Below, one piece after another: positions 28,417 through 36,510 of a DNA stretch of 64,000 nt (positions are counted from its first letter, which is position 1; every line of letters starts with the position of its first letter). Made by a program: the position numbers and the translations under genes. Source of the DNA: an uncultured Eubacteriales bacterium (GTDB taxonomy: Bacteria; Actinomycetota; Coriobacteriia; Anaerosomatales; PHET01); the NCBI GenBank assembly GCA_964492775.1, contig CAZBLH010000008.1, positions 452 to 64,451 on the forward strand, read 5' to 3'. The notes beneath the pieces were generated by a model, which saw only the letters and a program-made list of their open reading frames with translations, was not told where the DNA came from and did not search any database.

Positions 28417-30375
28417 GTGAACAACCATCGTGGTGACATAGAAGTGGGCCTGCACCCTGGCCGACCGCGCCGAGCTGGCGTGAGCGTTGACGGATTTCCG
28501 CGCGCCGAGGAGGCACTCCGGCTACTCGCCGGAGCCGCCGGGACCTCGCGCCTCTACCCGCCGACATCTGCGCTACCGAGAGAAGCAGTCGCACGTTTCG
28601 TCGAACGGGTGGCGGCTCTGACGGTCGCCGGGCCACTGCGCTACATCGTCGAGGCCCAGGCCATCAAGATCGGCGACACCGAACTCGCGTCCGGGCAGAG
28701 CCAGGTCACGACGCTCGCCGAGTCACTGCACGCGCTACAGGTCGAACAGCTCGTCATCGCGCCCGGAGTGACCGCGGCCGAGACCGAGGCGTTCATCGCG
28801 CTCGCCAACTCCGACCCCGCCACCGTGCGCGCCGAAGGCGGCGCGCGAGCGTGGCTGTCGGGCGCGGGCGTGCGCCACATCGCGGTCATCGAAGTGTGGC
28901 TGCGCGCCGGCGACACATCGGGGCTTGCCGACCTCGATCTCTTGGGCGCGCCGCTCGAGGACATCGCCCGCGACGTGGCGCACGCGGCCGAGCGTCGCCA
29001 ACGGGCGCTTGAGGACGCGGGTTCGGACACGGCGCCCAAAGACGAGGTCGCCGAGGCGCTCGGCCATCTCGAGGACGCGACGCGAGGGCTGGCGGCAGAG
29101 CGGGTGGCTGCGGCGTTGATGCGCCTGGACGAGGCGACGCGGCTGCGCGTCCTCGAGATCGCGCTCGCAGCCGGCGGCGGGCCCGCCGACGGGCTGCTTG
29201 AGGTAGTCGCACGCATGAAGCCCGCCGCGCTCGCGCGCCTCCTTCGGCTGGCGGCCGCGAGCACGGGCGCCTCGGCGGAGCGCATCGCAGGGCGGCTAAG
29301 CCTGCCGCCGGAGACCGCCAAGACGCTCACGATCCTGCTCGCGCCGACTCCAGATGAGGGTTCCGAACTTGTGCAGGACACGCGGGACGCAGCCGACATC
29401 GCCGCAGAGGTCATGGGCGAGCAGAGTTCCGCCGAGCTCGATCGCCGCATAGCCGAGGCGGCGCTGGCCCGGAGCGCCGAGCGCGCGCTCAGCACCGCGA
29501 TCGCGATATCCCACCACCGAGTCGACGCTGACACCCCTGGGGCAATCGGCAAGGTGCTGCCGGGCGCGCTGCGCTCGGGTGCCTTTTCGACGGTGCGCGA
29601 GGCGCTGCGCCGGCTCGATGAGATCGGAGCGGAGCCGGCCTACGCCAGCGCGGTGCAGAGTGTACGCGCCAGCATCGCCGACCCCATTGTCCTGCGCGAC
29701 ATGTGTCACGCGACCAAGACGGATGCTGACGCGGCCATAGCCGGCGAGATACTGATCGCCGCGGGCACGGCTGGGGCCGAGGCACTACTCGACAGCTACA
29801 TCCGCATGCCCAAGTTGCAGCGTTCGCTCATGCACCCCGTGCTGAGAGCGCTGAGTGAACCCGTGATCGTCGCGGCGCGCTCGCTGCTGCAGACAGCCCC
29901 GGCCGTGGAGGCCGCCGCAATCGTCCGCGCGCTCGCGGCGCTCGGCGACCGCAGAGCAACCGCCGTGATCGCCGAGGCACTGGACTCGAGCCTCGAGGAA
30001 CAGGTGCGTTTCTCGGCGGTGACCGCCCTGGCGCACGCACCATTCCCTGAGGCCGAGCAGGCGCTGATCCGCGCGCTTTGCCACCGCGAGATCGAGACGC
30101 AACGCTACGTTGTGCGAGAGGTCGGCAGGGCACGGATCGCCAGTGCGGTCCCGGCACTCGTGCGGCTGTTCGACGACATGTCGGTCATGACGAGAGGCTA
30201 CGAGATCCGCAAGGAGATCATCTCGGCGCTCGCTTCGATAGACTCAGCGGAAGCGAGGCGTGCGCTCGGCCGGTTCTCCGTGCGTGTGGCACTTGGAAGG
30301 AAGAGCAGAGAACTCAAGCGGCTTGCGCGCGACGCAGCCGGCATCATCCCGAGGCAAGGAGTCGATGTTCCGTGA
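28417..30375 (+). CDS. HEAT-repeat protein with N-terminal domain related to that of the downstream HD-GYP protein
   Basis: The C-terminal third has repeated ..A.AL..LGD..A...L..AL.D....VR..A..AL HEAT-like units. GTG start; the stop overlaps the next gene's start as GTGA. Confidence 0.6.
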   Translation: MNNHRGDIEVGLHPGRPRRAGVSVDGFPRAEEALRLLAGAAGTSRLYPPTSALPREAVARFVERVAALTVAGPLRYIVEAQAIKIGDTELASGQSQVTTLAESLHALQVEQLVIAPGVTAAETEAFIALANSDPATVRAEGGARAWLSGAGVRHIAVIEVWLRAGDTSGLADLDLLGAPLEDIARDVAHAAERRQRALEDAGSDTAPKDEVAEALGHLEDATRGLAAERVAAALMRLDEATRLRVLEIALAAGGGPADGLLEVVARMKPAALARLLRLAAASTGASAERIAGRLSLPPETAKTLTILLAPTPDEGSELVQDTRDAADIAAEVMGEQSSAELDRRIAEAALARSAERALSTAIAISHHRVDADTPGAIGKVLPGALRSGAFSTVREALRRLDEIGAEPAYASAVQSVRASIADPIVLRDMCHATKTDADAAIAGEILIAAGTAGAEALLDSYIRMPKLQRSLMHPVLRALSEPVIVAARSLLQTAPAVEAAAIVRALAALGDRRATAVIAEALDSSLEEQVRFSAVTALAHAPFPEAEQALIRALCHREIETQRYVVREVGRARIASAVPALVRLFDDMSVMTRGYEIRKEIISALASIDSAEARRALGRFSVRVALGRKSRELKRLARDAAGIIPRQGVDVP

Positions 30376-31877
30376 GCGACAAGCCGTACCGCCCCGAGGA
30401 CGAGGGGCCGCTTCCCACACCCGATGAGATGGCTGCCGAGACGCAGCGCGACCGGCCTACGATGGTGGCTGTGAGAGCGCCCTTCGCCTCGCCGGAGAAG
30501 CTCGATCTCGCACGCGAGCTCGTGCGGACACTCGCTGTGGCGCACACGAACGCGGCGCTGTACCCCACGACGCACCCGCTCATCACCGAGTCGCTCACCG
30601 AGCTTGTCGAGGCCGTGGCGGCACTCGCCGACGCTGGTTTCCCGGCGGTCACGGTCAACATCTACAAGGGCACGCTCTTCGTGGAGAACCAAGTGTTCCC
30701 CGAAGAGAGCGTCGTCCACCGCAAGCTGGTCGAGGATCTTCTCGAGCACGGCATCTCGGCGGTTACCTTCTCTGGGGGGCTCGATGAGCAGGAAGCCGCC
30801 ACGCTGGTCGGAATCCTCGAGGACGCGTCGATCAACAACGTAGACGCCGCACGCGACGTGCTCGACCGCGCGGGCGCGGCCAACATCTCGGTTGCAGAGA
30901 CGTCCACGCTTGAGGAGAGCGGCGACGAGGAGCGCAACCGAGAGTCGCGCGCACGGGCGCGCGAGGCGTACGACAGCGGCGTCAGCGCCATGCGCGAGAT
31001 CGAGACACAGGCCAAGCTCGGAAGGGTGAACGAGGTCGGGCCGCTCCAGCGGGTCGTCGAGTCGCTCCTGGACAACCTGCTCCAAGATCCGGCTGCGGTG
31101 CTCGGCCTGACCGCGATCAAGGGGCACGACGACTACACGCTGATCCACGCGATCAACGTGTGCATCCTCGCGCTCTCGCTGGGCTCGGCGATTGGGCTTG
31201 CGAACGACGAGCTGCGCTCGCTCGGCCTCGCAGCGTTGCTCTACGACATCGGCAAGGTGCGTGTTCCCACCGAGATCCTCACGAAGCAGGGTCCGCTCAC
31301 CGCCGAGGAGTGGCGGTCGGTCAAGCAGCACACCGAGGAGGGCGCTGACCTACTCAAGCGGCTGAACTTGGCAGACCAGATGCCGATGGTCGTCGCCTAC
31401 GAGCACCATCAGCGCCACGACCTGATGGGCTACCCGCAGTCGGTCGGCGGTACCGAGCAGCACCTGTTCAGCCGCATCGTCGCGATCTGCGACGCATACG
31501 ACGCGATGACGACCATGCGGCCCTTCCGGCGGGAGATTCGGCCCGACAAGGCGCTGTCCGTCCTCATGCAGGGTCGCGGCAAAGCCTACGATCCGGATGT
31601 CACGCGCGCATTCGTTGAGATGCTCGGCATCTACCCGATGGGTGCGGTCGTGCTGCTCGACGACGGGGCGACTGCGGTGGTCTACCGGGTCAACAACGAC
31701 GACCTGCTGCACCCGCGCGTCAAGATTCTCGCCGACGCGCAGGGCCGGTGGCTCGAGACGCCGGACATCGCCGACCTGCGTCTGGTGGACCTGGAGACCG
31801 GAAAGCCGCTGCTCTCGATCGCTGAGTGCGTACCGGCAAACGACGCGGGCGTGGACGACGTCTGGCAGTACCTCTAG
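30372..31877 (+). CDS. HD-GYP domain protein (putative cyclic-di-GMP phosphodiesterase)
   Basis: GTG at 30372. HD motif (GHDDYTLIHAINV), YDIGKVRVP and HHQRHDLMGYP (GYP signature). The track ORF from 30078 is an over-extension. Confidence 0.85.
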   Translation: MSDKPYRPEDEGPLPTPDEMAAETQRDRPTMVAVRAPFASPEKLDLARELVRTLAVAHTNAALYPTTHPLITESLTELVEAVAALADAGFPAVTVNIYKGTLFVENQVFPEESVVHRKLVEDLLEHGISAVTFSGGLDEQEAATLVGILEDASINNVDAARDVLDRAGAANISVAETSTLEESGDEERNRESRARAREAYDSGVSAMREIETQAKLGRVNEVGPLQRVVESLLDNLLQDPAAVLGLTAIKGHDDYTLIHAINVCILALSLGSAIGLANDELRSLGLAALLYDIGKVRVPTEILTKQGPLTAEEWRSVKQHTEEGADLLKRLNLADQMPMVVAYEHHQRHDLMGYPQSVGGTEQHLFSRIVAICDAYDAMTTMRPFRREIRPDKALSVLMQGRGKAYDPDVTRAFVEMLGIYPMGAVVLLDDGATAVVYRVNNDDLLHPRVKILADAQGRWLETPDIADLRLVDLETGKPLLSIAECVPANDAGVDDVWQYL

Positions 31878-31904
31878 GCAGCGAGCGCTGAGACGGCCGC
31901 GCGC

Positions 31905-33143
31905 CTAGGCGGCCAGCGGGTCGCCGAAGTACCGCCAGAAGATCAGCCAGAACGACGTGTTGCCGTGCAGGTGCGGCGTGTACCGGTACAGCGCGAACGT
32001 CGCGCTGTTCGTGGGCATGACCACGCTGCCGTCGATGTTGAGCTCGGCACCGGGTTTCCACCGCTTTGCGTTCGCGTCCAGGCTCTTGGCCCCATACCAG
32101 ATCTGGTTGCCGAACCCGCGGTACTGGTTGAGCGTCGCCGAGTCGGTCTTCCCGCATCCCATCGCCCAATCCAGCGCGTTCTGTGTGGGCGCGCTACGGC
32201 TCAGCAGCGACTGCTCCTTCTGTAGCGTCGCAAGTATCACCTCGGGATTGACGTTCCAGGCTGCCGAGGCTTCAGCGATCATCTGCGCAGCGCTCTTGAC
32301 CTGGCCCTGGTAGTCGGCGACACGCAGGCTGGCAAGCCTGCCCGGCTGCTTCTCCAGAAACGCCTGGATGTCCATCACCGACATCGTGTTCACCGCGCGG
32401 AACCGCTCCTGCGAAATGATAGTGTCCGGGGCGAAACTCGCGTCGGGATTCCCTGGAATCTGTACCGCTGCGGCCTCGCGCATCATCCGGGCGATGTCCT
32501 CGCCCAGTTCGATGGCGCGCGCCTGCTGGGCGTCGATCTCCGCCTCGATGCGCTGCCGTCGCTCATCGGCGTCGACCTGCAGACTCTGCAGCTGCTCGAT
32601 CCTGCGTGCGAGCGTCTCCTGCAGGTACAGGCTCTCCTGCTGCTCCTCGCGCACGGACTGGATCAGGTGCGCATCGTGACGGCTTGCTGCCGTGAGATAG
32701 CTCATGCGGTCGATGAGATCGGGGATCGAATCGGCAGTGAACAGGAGCTGGACGATGACGAGCCGGTCGCCGCGGTAGAGCTCGATCACCCGCGCCGACA
32801 GGGCACGCCGAGCGCTCATCAGCGAGCCACTCTGCTCTTCGATCTGGGCCGTGACCTCGGCGATGTCAGCCTCGGTCTGCGAGATCTGGCGCCCCATCGA
32901 GACGTACTCGGCCATCTCCACGGCGAGCTCCTGGCGCATACGCTCCAGCTCGGCGACGGCGGCGGCTTTCTCGGCCTTCTTCGACTCGATCGTCTCGGTC
33001 GACACCTCGCCCGCAGGAGACGCGGGCTCAGCGAAGGCGCGGGCGGGGGCGAGGCTCGGCGCGAGCAGGCACGCGGTCAGCAACACGCCGACTCCGGTCG
33101 CCACACGCGCTCTGTTGAGCCATCCGCTCATCTCGTCCCACAT
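31905..33143 (-). CDS. secreted coiled-coil protein with conserved C-terminal domain of unknown function (PcsB-like layout)
   Basis: Signal peptide (GVGVLLTACLLAPSLAPARAFA) and about 200 aa of coiled coil. The C-terminal domain carries ILATLQKEQSLL..ALDWAMGCG..YRGFGNQIWYGA. An alternative ATG lies at 33131. Confidence 0.6.
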   Translation of the reverse strand: MWDEMSGWLNRARVATGVGVLLTACLLAPSLAPARAFAEPASPAGEVSTETIESKKAEKAAAVAELERMRQELAVEMAEYVSMGRQISQTEADIAEVTAQIEEQSGSLMSARRALSARVIELYRGDRLVIVQLLFTADSIPDLIDRMSYLTAASRHDAHLIQSVREEQQESLYLQETLARRIEQLQSLQVDADERRQRIEAEIDAQQARAIELGEDIARMMREAAAVQIPGNPDASFAPDTIISQERFRAVNTMSVMDIQAFLEKQPGRLASLRVADYQGQVKSAAQMIAEASAAWNVNPEVILATLQKEQSLLSRSAPTQNALDWAMGCGKTDSATLNQYRGFGNQIWYGAKSLDANAKRWKPGAELNIDGSVVMPTNSATFALYRYTPHLHGNTSFWLIFWRYFGDPLAA

Positions 33144-33249
33144 CTACGCAAGCCATGCGCCACGGTGCTGCTGCGCATCCTCCCGGTGTATCGGGAAACG
33201 GCACCCGCAGATCAACCCGGCAAGCGGGCGTAACCGGCCTGCCGTGAGC

Positions 33250-33660
33250 CTACAGTTCCCAGTCTCCAGCGGCCTCCGGCTGGTACAGGATCGAGGCAAT
33301 ACGCAGGCGGCGCACCCCGGACGGAACCTCCCACTCGATGATGTCACCCTCCGAGTAGCCGAGGATCGCGGTACCGACCGGCGCAATCACCGAGATGGCC
33401 CCCGCATCGATGTCAGCGTTCTCCGGGAATACGAGCGTGAACGTCATCTGCTCGGAGGAGTCGACATCCTCGAGAAGGACCTTCGAGTTCATCGTGACCA
33501 CATCGGCAGGCACGTCCTGAGGGGCGACAACACTCGCGCGCGACAGCTCGGCTGCAAGATCATCGAGATGGCTGGCATCGCGTCCCGGATGTGCCTCGGC
33601 AATCAGCTTCTCGATACGCTGCTTGTCGTACTCGGTGATGTAGATGGTCCGTTGTTTCAC
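33250..33660 (-). CDS. GreA/GreB-family regulator (Rnk-like)
   Basis: GTG at 33660 lies 5 nt after a GGAGG. The C-terminus has VSVIAPVGTAILGYSEGDIIEWEVPSG, a GreA C-terminal-domain-like motif. Confidence 0.65.
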   Translation of the reverse strand: MKQRTIYITEYDKQRIEKLIAEAHPGRDASHLDDLAAELSRASVVAPQDVPADVVTMNSKVLLEDVDSSEQMTFTLVFPENADIDAGAISVIAPVGTAILGYSEGDIIEWEVPSGVRRLRIASILYQPEAAGDWEL

Positions 33661-33752
33661 GACTACCTCCGATGAAGGCCAAAACAATAGTATGCCCTGT
33701 CTGGTCGCCGAAAGGCTAGCGTGCTGCAGGAACGCGAGTCGGGCGGTGCGCC

Positions 33753-34847
33753 TCAGCGAGCCAGCCTGCGCGCCTCAAGGAAGCTCGCCAGCCGCTCGAG
33801 TCGCCAGTCCCCCGCCATCATCTGGCTGACCAACTGATAACGCACCGGCGCGTACACGTAATCGAACGAGCCGACGAAGGTGACCAGGTTCTTGCTGAAG
33901 CTCCGCTTGTAGTTCAGCACGCCCCACTCGCCGTCTCTGCGGTCCCAAGGAATCTGCCCACCGGAAGCGACGATGTCTCGAACCTCGCCGGGCGCTCCCC
34001 ACAGGTCAAACGTATGACACCCCATCTTCTTCGACCACCGTGCGAGTTCCCAGAGTAGCGCTGAGGAGGGGCTGATTCCCTTGATGCGCATCGACGCACC
34101 GGGGCCAGGTCCGGCCGCGTAGCCGCCGAATCGATAGGCGCAGTACGCCGATACCGGACGGCCGTCGTACTCGGCGATCAGCAGGTGGGCCATGTCCTTC
34201 TCGGCAAGCATGGAATACTCGGTCTCGTAGTGCTCGAAGGAACGGATGTTCACGCCCGTTCGTTCGGAGGCGTCCCGCATGATCTCGTAGACGAGCGGCA
34301 TGTCGGGCAGCCCGCCTACACGCCAGCTCACGCCCTTGCCGCCACCGGAGCGGATCGAACTGCGGAGACCGCGCGAGAAGCTCGCAAGCATCTCCTCCTC
34401 TGACGGGCGCAGGTCGAGCAGCACCGTGGCCTGGGGCGTCATCGGGTGCGTGCTCTCACGGAATCCCAGATCCCGCATGGCCTGCCGGTTCTGCGCGCTG
34501 TCCGACAGCGGCGGCACGACCTTGGTGAAGACGGCGTTCGAGTCCCGGGCGATCTCGTGAAGCGTGCCGAAAAGGAGCGCGGCGACCTCGGGGTCCAGCC
34601 AGTCTCCGACGGGGCCTCTCGGCACATAACCGATTGATCCGGCGCGCGCCGGCAGGCGACGCACCATCATCTGAGCGGCGGCCGCGGGCCTCCCAGCTTC
34701 TTCAACGAGCACGCGGTGGACTTCCCAGCCGAGACGGCTGCGAATCTCGCCCCATTGCCACGACTGCATGATGACAGCCGAGTCCTCGCGGGCGACGAAT
34801 TCGTCCCAGGCCTCGGCCTCGTCGGGACCAGCTATGCGCGCTCGCAT
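33753..34847 (-). CDS. FemAB-family peptidoglycan interpeptide-bridge aminoacyltransferase (paralogue 1)
   Basis: 364 aa; SWQWGEIRSRLGW, FTKVVPPL and the YDLWG-like FDLWGAPG are FemAB/lipid II transferase features. Confidence 0.75.
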   Translation of the reverse strand: MRARIAGPDEAEAWDEFVAREDSAVIMQSWQWGEIRSRLGWEVHRVLVEEAGRPAAAAQMMVRRLPARAGSIGYVPRGPVGDWLDPEVAALLFGTLHEIARDSNAVFTKVVPPLSDSAQNRQAMRDLGFRESTHPMTPQATVLLDLRPSEEEMLASFSRGLRSSIRSGGGKGVSWRVGGLPDMPLVYEIMRDASERTGVNIRSFEHYETEYSMLAEKDMAHLLIAEYDGRPVSAYCAYRFGGYAAGPGPGASMRIKGISPSSALLWELARWSKKMGCHTFDLWGAPGEVRDIVASGGQIPWDRRDGEWGVLNYKRSFSKNLVTFVGSFDYVYAPVRYQLVSQMMAGDWRLERLASFLEARRLAR

Positions 34848-34883
34848 CCTCTGACCACCCCGAGACTTCGGCCGCTCGTGGAG

Positions 34884-35993
34884 CTACCGGCGGACGGTCC
34901 GTGCTTCAATCCAGCTCGAGACGCGCTCAAGTCTGGAGTCTCCGGCGAGGAACTGGCTAACGAGTTGGTAGCGCATGGGCGCGAAGACGTAGTCGAACGA
35001 ACCGACGAACGTCACGACATCTTTGCTGAAGCCGCGCTTGAACTTGAAGACGCCCCACTGTCCGTCCGTGCGTTCTTCGGGAATCTCGGCTCCTTCGGCT
35101 TTCATCTTCCTGACCTCACCGGGAATGCCCCACAGGTCGAACATATCGCATCCACGTTCTTTAGCCCACTTGACCTGCTCCCAGATGAGCAGGACGTTCG
35201 GGTTCAGGTTTGCGCGGTCGGCCGAGGACCCGCCGTGGAAGTAGGCGGCCCAGCCTCCGAAGGTGTAGGCGATATGCGCCGCCACTGGCTTGCCATCATG
35301 CTCGGCAATCACAAGCAGCGCCCGGTCAGAAGCATCGAACACTGAGAATTCGGCGACAAAGCGCTCCTGTGCACGCACCGTCATGCCGGTGCGCTTGAAC
35401 GTCTCGAACATCAGCTCGTAGAAGATCGGGATATCATCCACGCCACCCCTGCGAACACTCAGGCCCTTGCGCTCTGCAGCGTTGATCTTGTTGCGAGTCG
35501 AGCGGCTGAAGCCCTTGAATATGTCCTCAAGGGGCCGGGACAGGTCCAGGAATACGGTCGCCTCTGGCTGAATGGGATGCACGCTCTCCCGAAAGCCCCG
35601 GTCAGTCATGGCGCGACGGTTCTCCGGGCTGTCTATCCACGGCGGCTCGACCTTGAGGAAGATGGCGCGATGCTCTTGGGCGATTTCGCGCAGCTTCTCG
35701 TACAGGAGGTCGAGGGTGTCGGGCTCCTCGGAAATGACGACAGGGCCGCGCGGGACGTGCACTACCGAACCCATCCCCAGCGGGAACTCCTTGATGAACA
35801 CCTGCGCCGCAGCCAGCGGCCCGGCATCGCCGGAGACCATGACGCGGTGAGGCTCCCACCCCAGGGTCGACTTGAACTGTCCGTAGCCCCACGACTGCAT
35901 CAGCCCGAAGCAGTCGCATTGGGCGACGAAGCGGTCCCACTCTTCCGCATCAACGTCATCGACCGAGACCCTCAACACGGCTCCCCGATTCAT
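34884..35993 (-). CDS. FemAB-family peptidoglycan interpeptide-bridge aminoacyltransferase (paralogue 2)
   Basis: Collinear with paralogue 1 (SWGYGQFKSTLGW, FLKVEPPW, FDLWGIPG). The ATG at 35993 was chosen by alignment with paralogue 1. Confidence 0.75.
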   Translation of the reverse strand: MNRGAVLRVSVDDVDAEEWDRFVAQCDCFGLMQSWGYGQFKSTLGWEPHRVMVSGDAGPLAAAQVFIKEFPLGMGSVVHVPRGPVVISEEPDTLDLLYEKLREIAQEHRAIFLKVEPPWIDSPENRRAMTDRGFRESVHPIQPEATVFLDLSRPLEDIFKGFSRSTRNKINAAERKGLSVRRGGVDDIPIFYELMFETFKRTGMTVRAQERFVAEFSVFDASDRALLVIAEHDGKPVAAHIAYTFGGWAAYFHGGSSADRANLNPNVLLIWEQVKWAKERGCDMFDLWGIPGEVRKMKAEGAEIPEERTDGQWGVFKFKRGFSKDVVTFVGSFDYVFAPMRYQLVSQFLAGDSRLERVSSWIEARTVRR

Positions 35994-36027
35994 CAAAGGT
36001 CCTAGGTGTCTTCTAAGTCCCATCATC

Positions 36028-36510
36028 TCACACAGCACGTCTGTACTGCGCAAACCATACCCAGAGGAAGGCGATGGTCATCAGGATGAGTCCCGCGCCA
36101 TCGAAGACGGCGAAGCGACCGACGGAGACAGCGAGGCGCTCGCCCCCACCCGACAGCCCGAACCTCAGCACCAGATCGCCCGCGACCGCGATCGCCTGTT
36201 GGACGAGCACAACCCCGAAAAGCGCGAGATGCCGAGAAGGGCCTGCGATCACGAGCGGAAACGTCGCGTTCCACATCAAGAACAGCACGCCGACAGCCTG
36301 TACCGCCGTGGTCGCGCCGGAACCACTGATCTCGAAAGCCGCGGTGTAACCGGCAGGACGTGCGATGAAGCTCACGGCCGCATGGATGTTTATGGCGAAC
36401 ACCGCTGCCACGGCGAGCCGAGCGAACCAGACCGACCACGCGGAAACGACCGGCGACGCACCGCCAGGTAGGGCACCGTGAGACTCGTGGCTAGACCGCG
36501 ACTGCTTCAT
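36028..36510 (-). CDS. small polytopic membrane protein, unknown function
   Basis: 160 aa from the ATG at 36510, with four predicted hydrophobic helices. Its start overlaps the 3' end of the giant activase-fusion gene by 20 nt. Confidence 0.5.
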   Translation of the reverse strand: MKQSRSSHESHGALPGGASPVVSAWSVWFARLAVAAVFAINIHAAVSFIARPAGYTAAFEISGSGATTAVQAVGVLFLMWNATFPLVIAGPSRHLALFGVVLVQQAIAVAGDLVLRFGLSGGGERLAVSVGRFAVFDGAGLILMTIAFLWVWFAQYRRAV

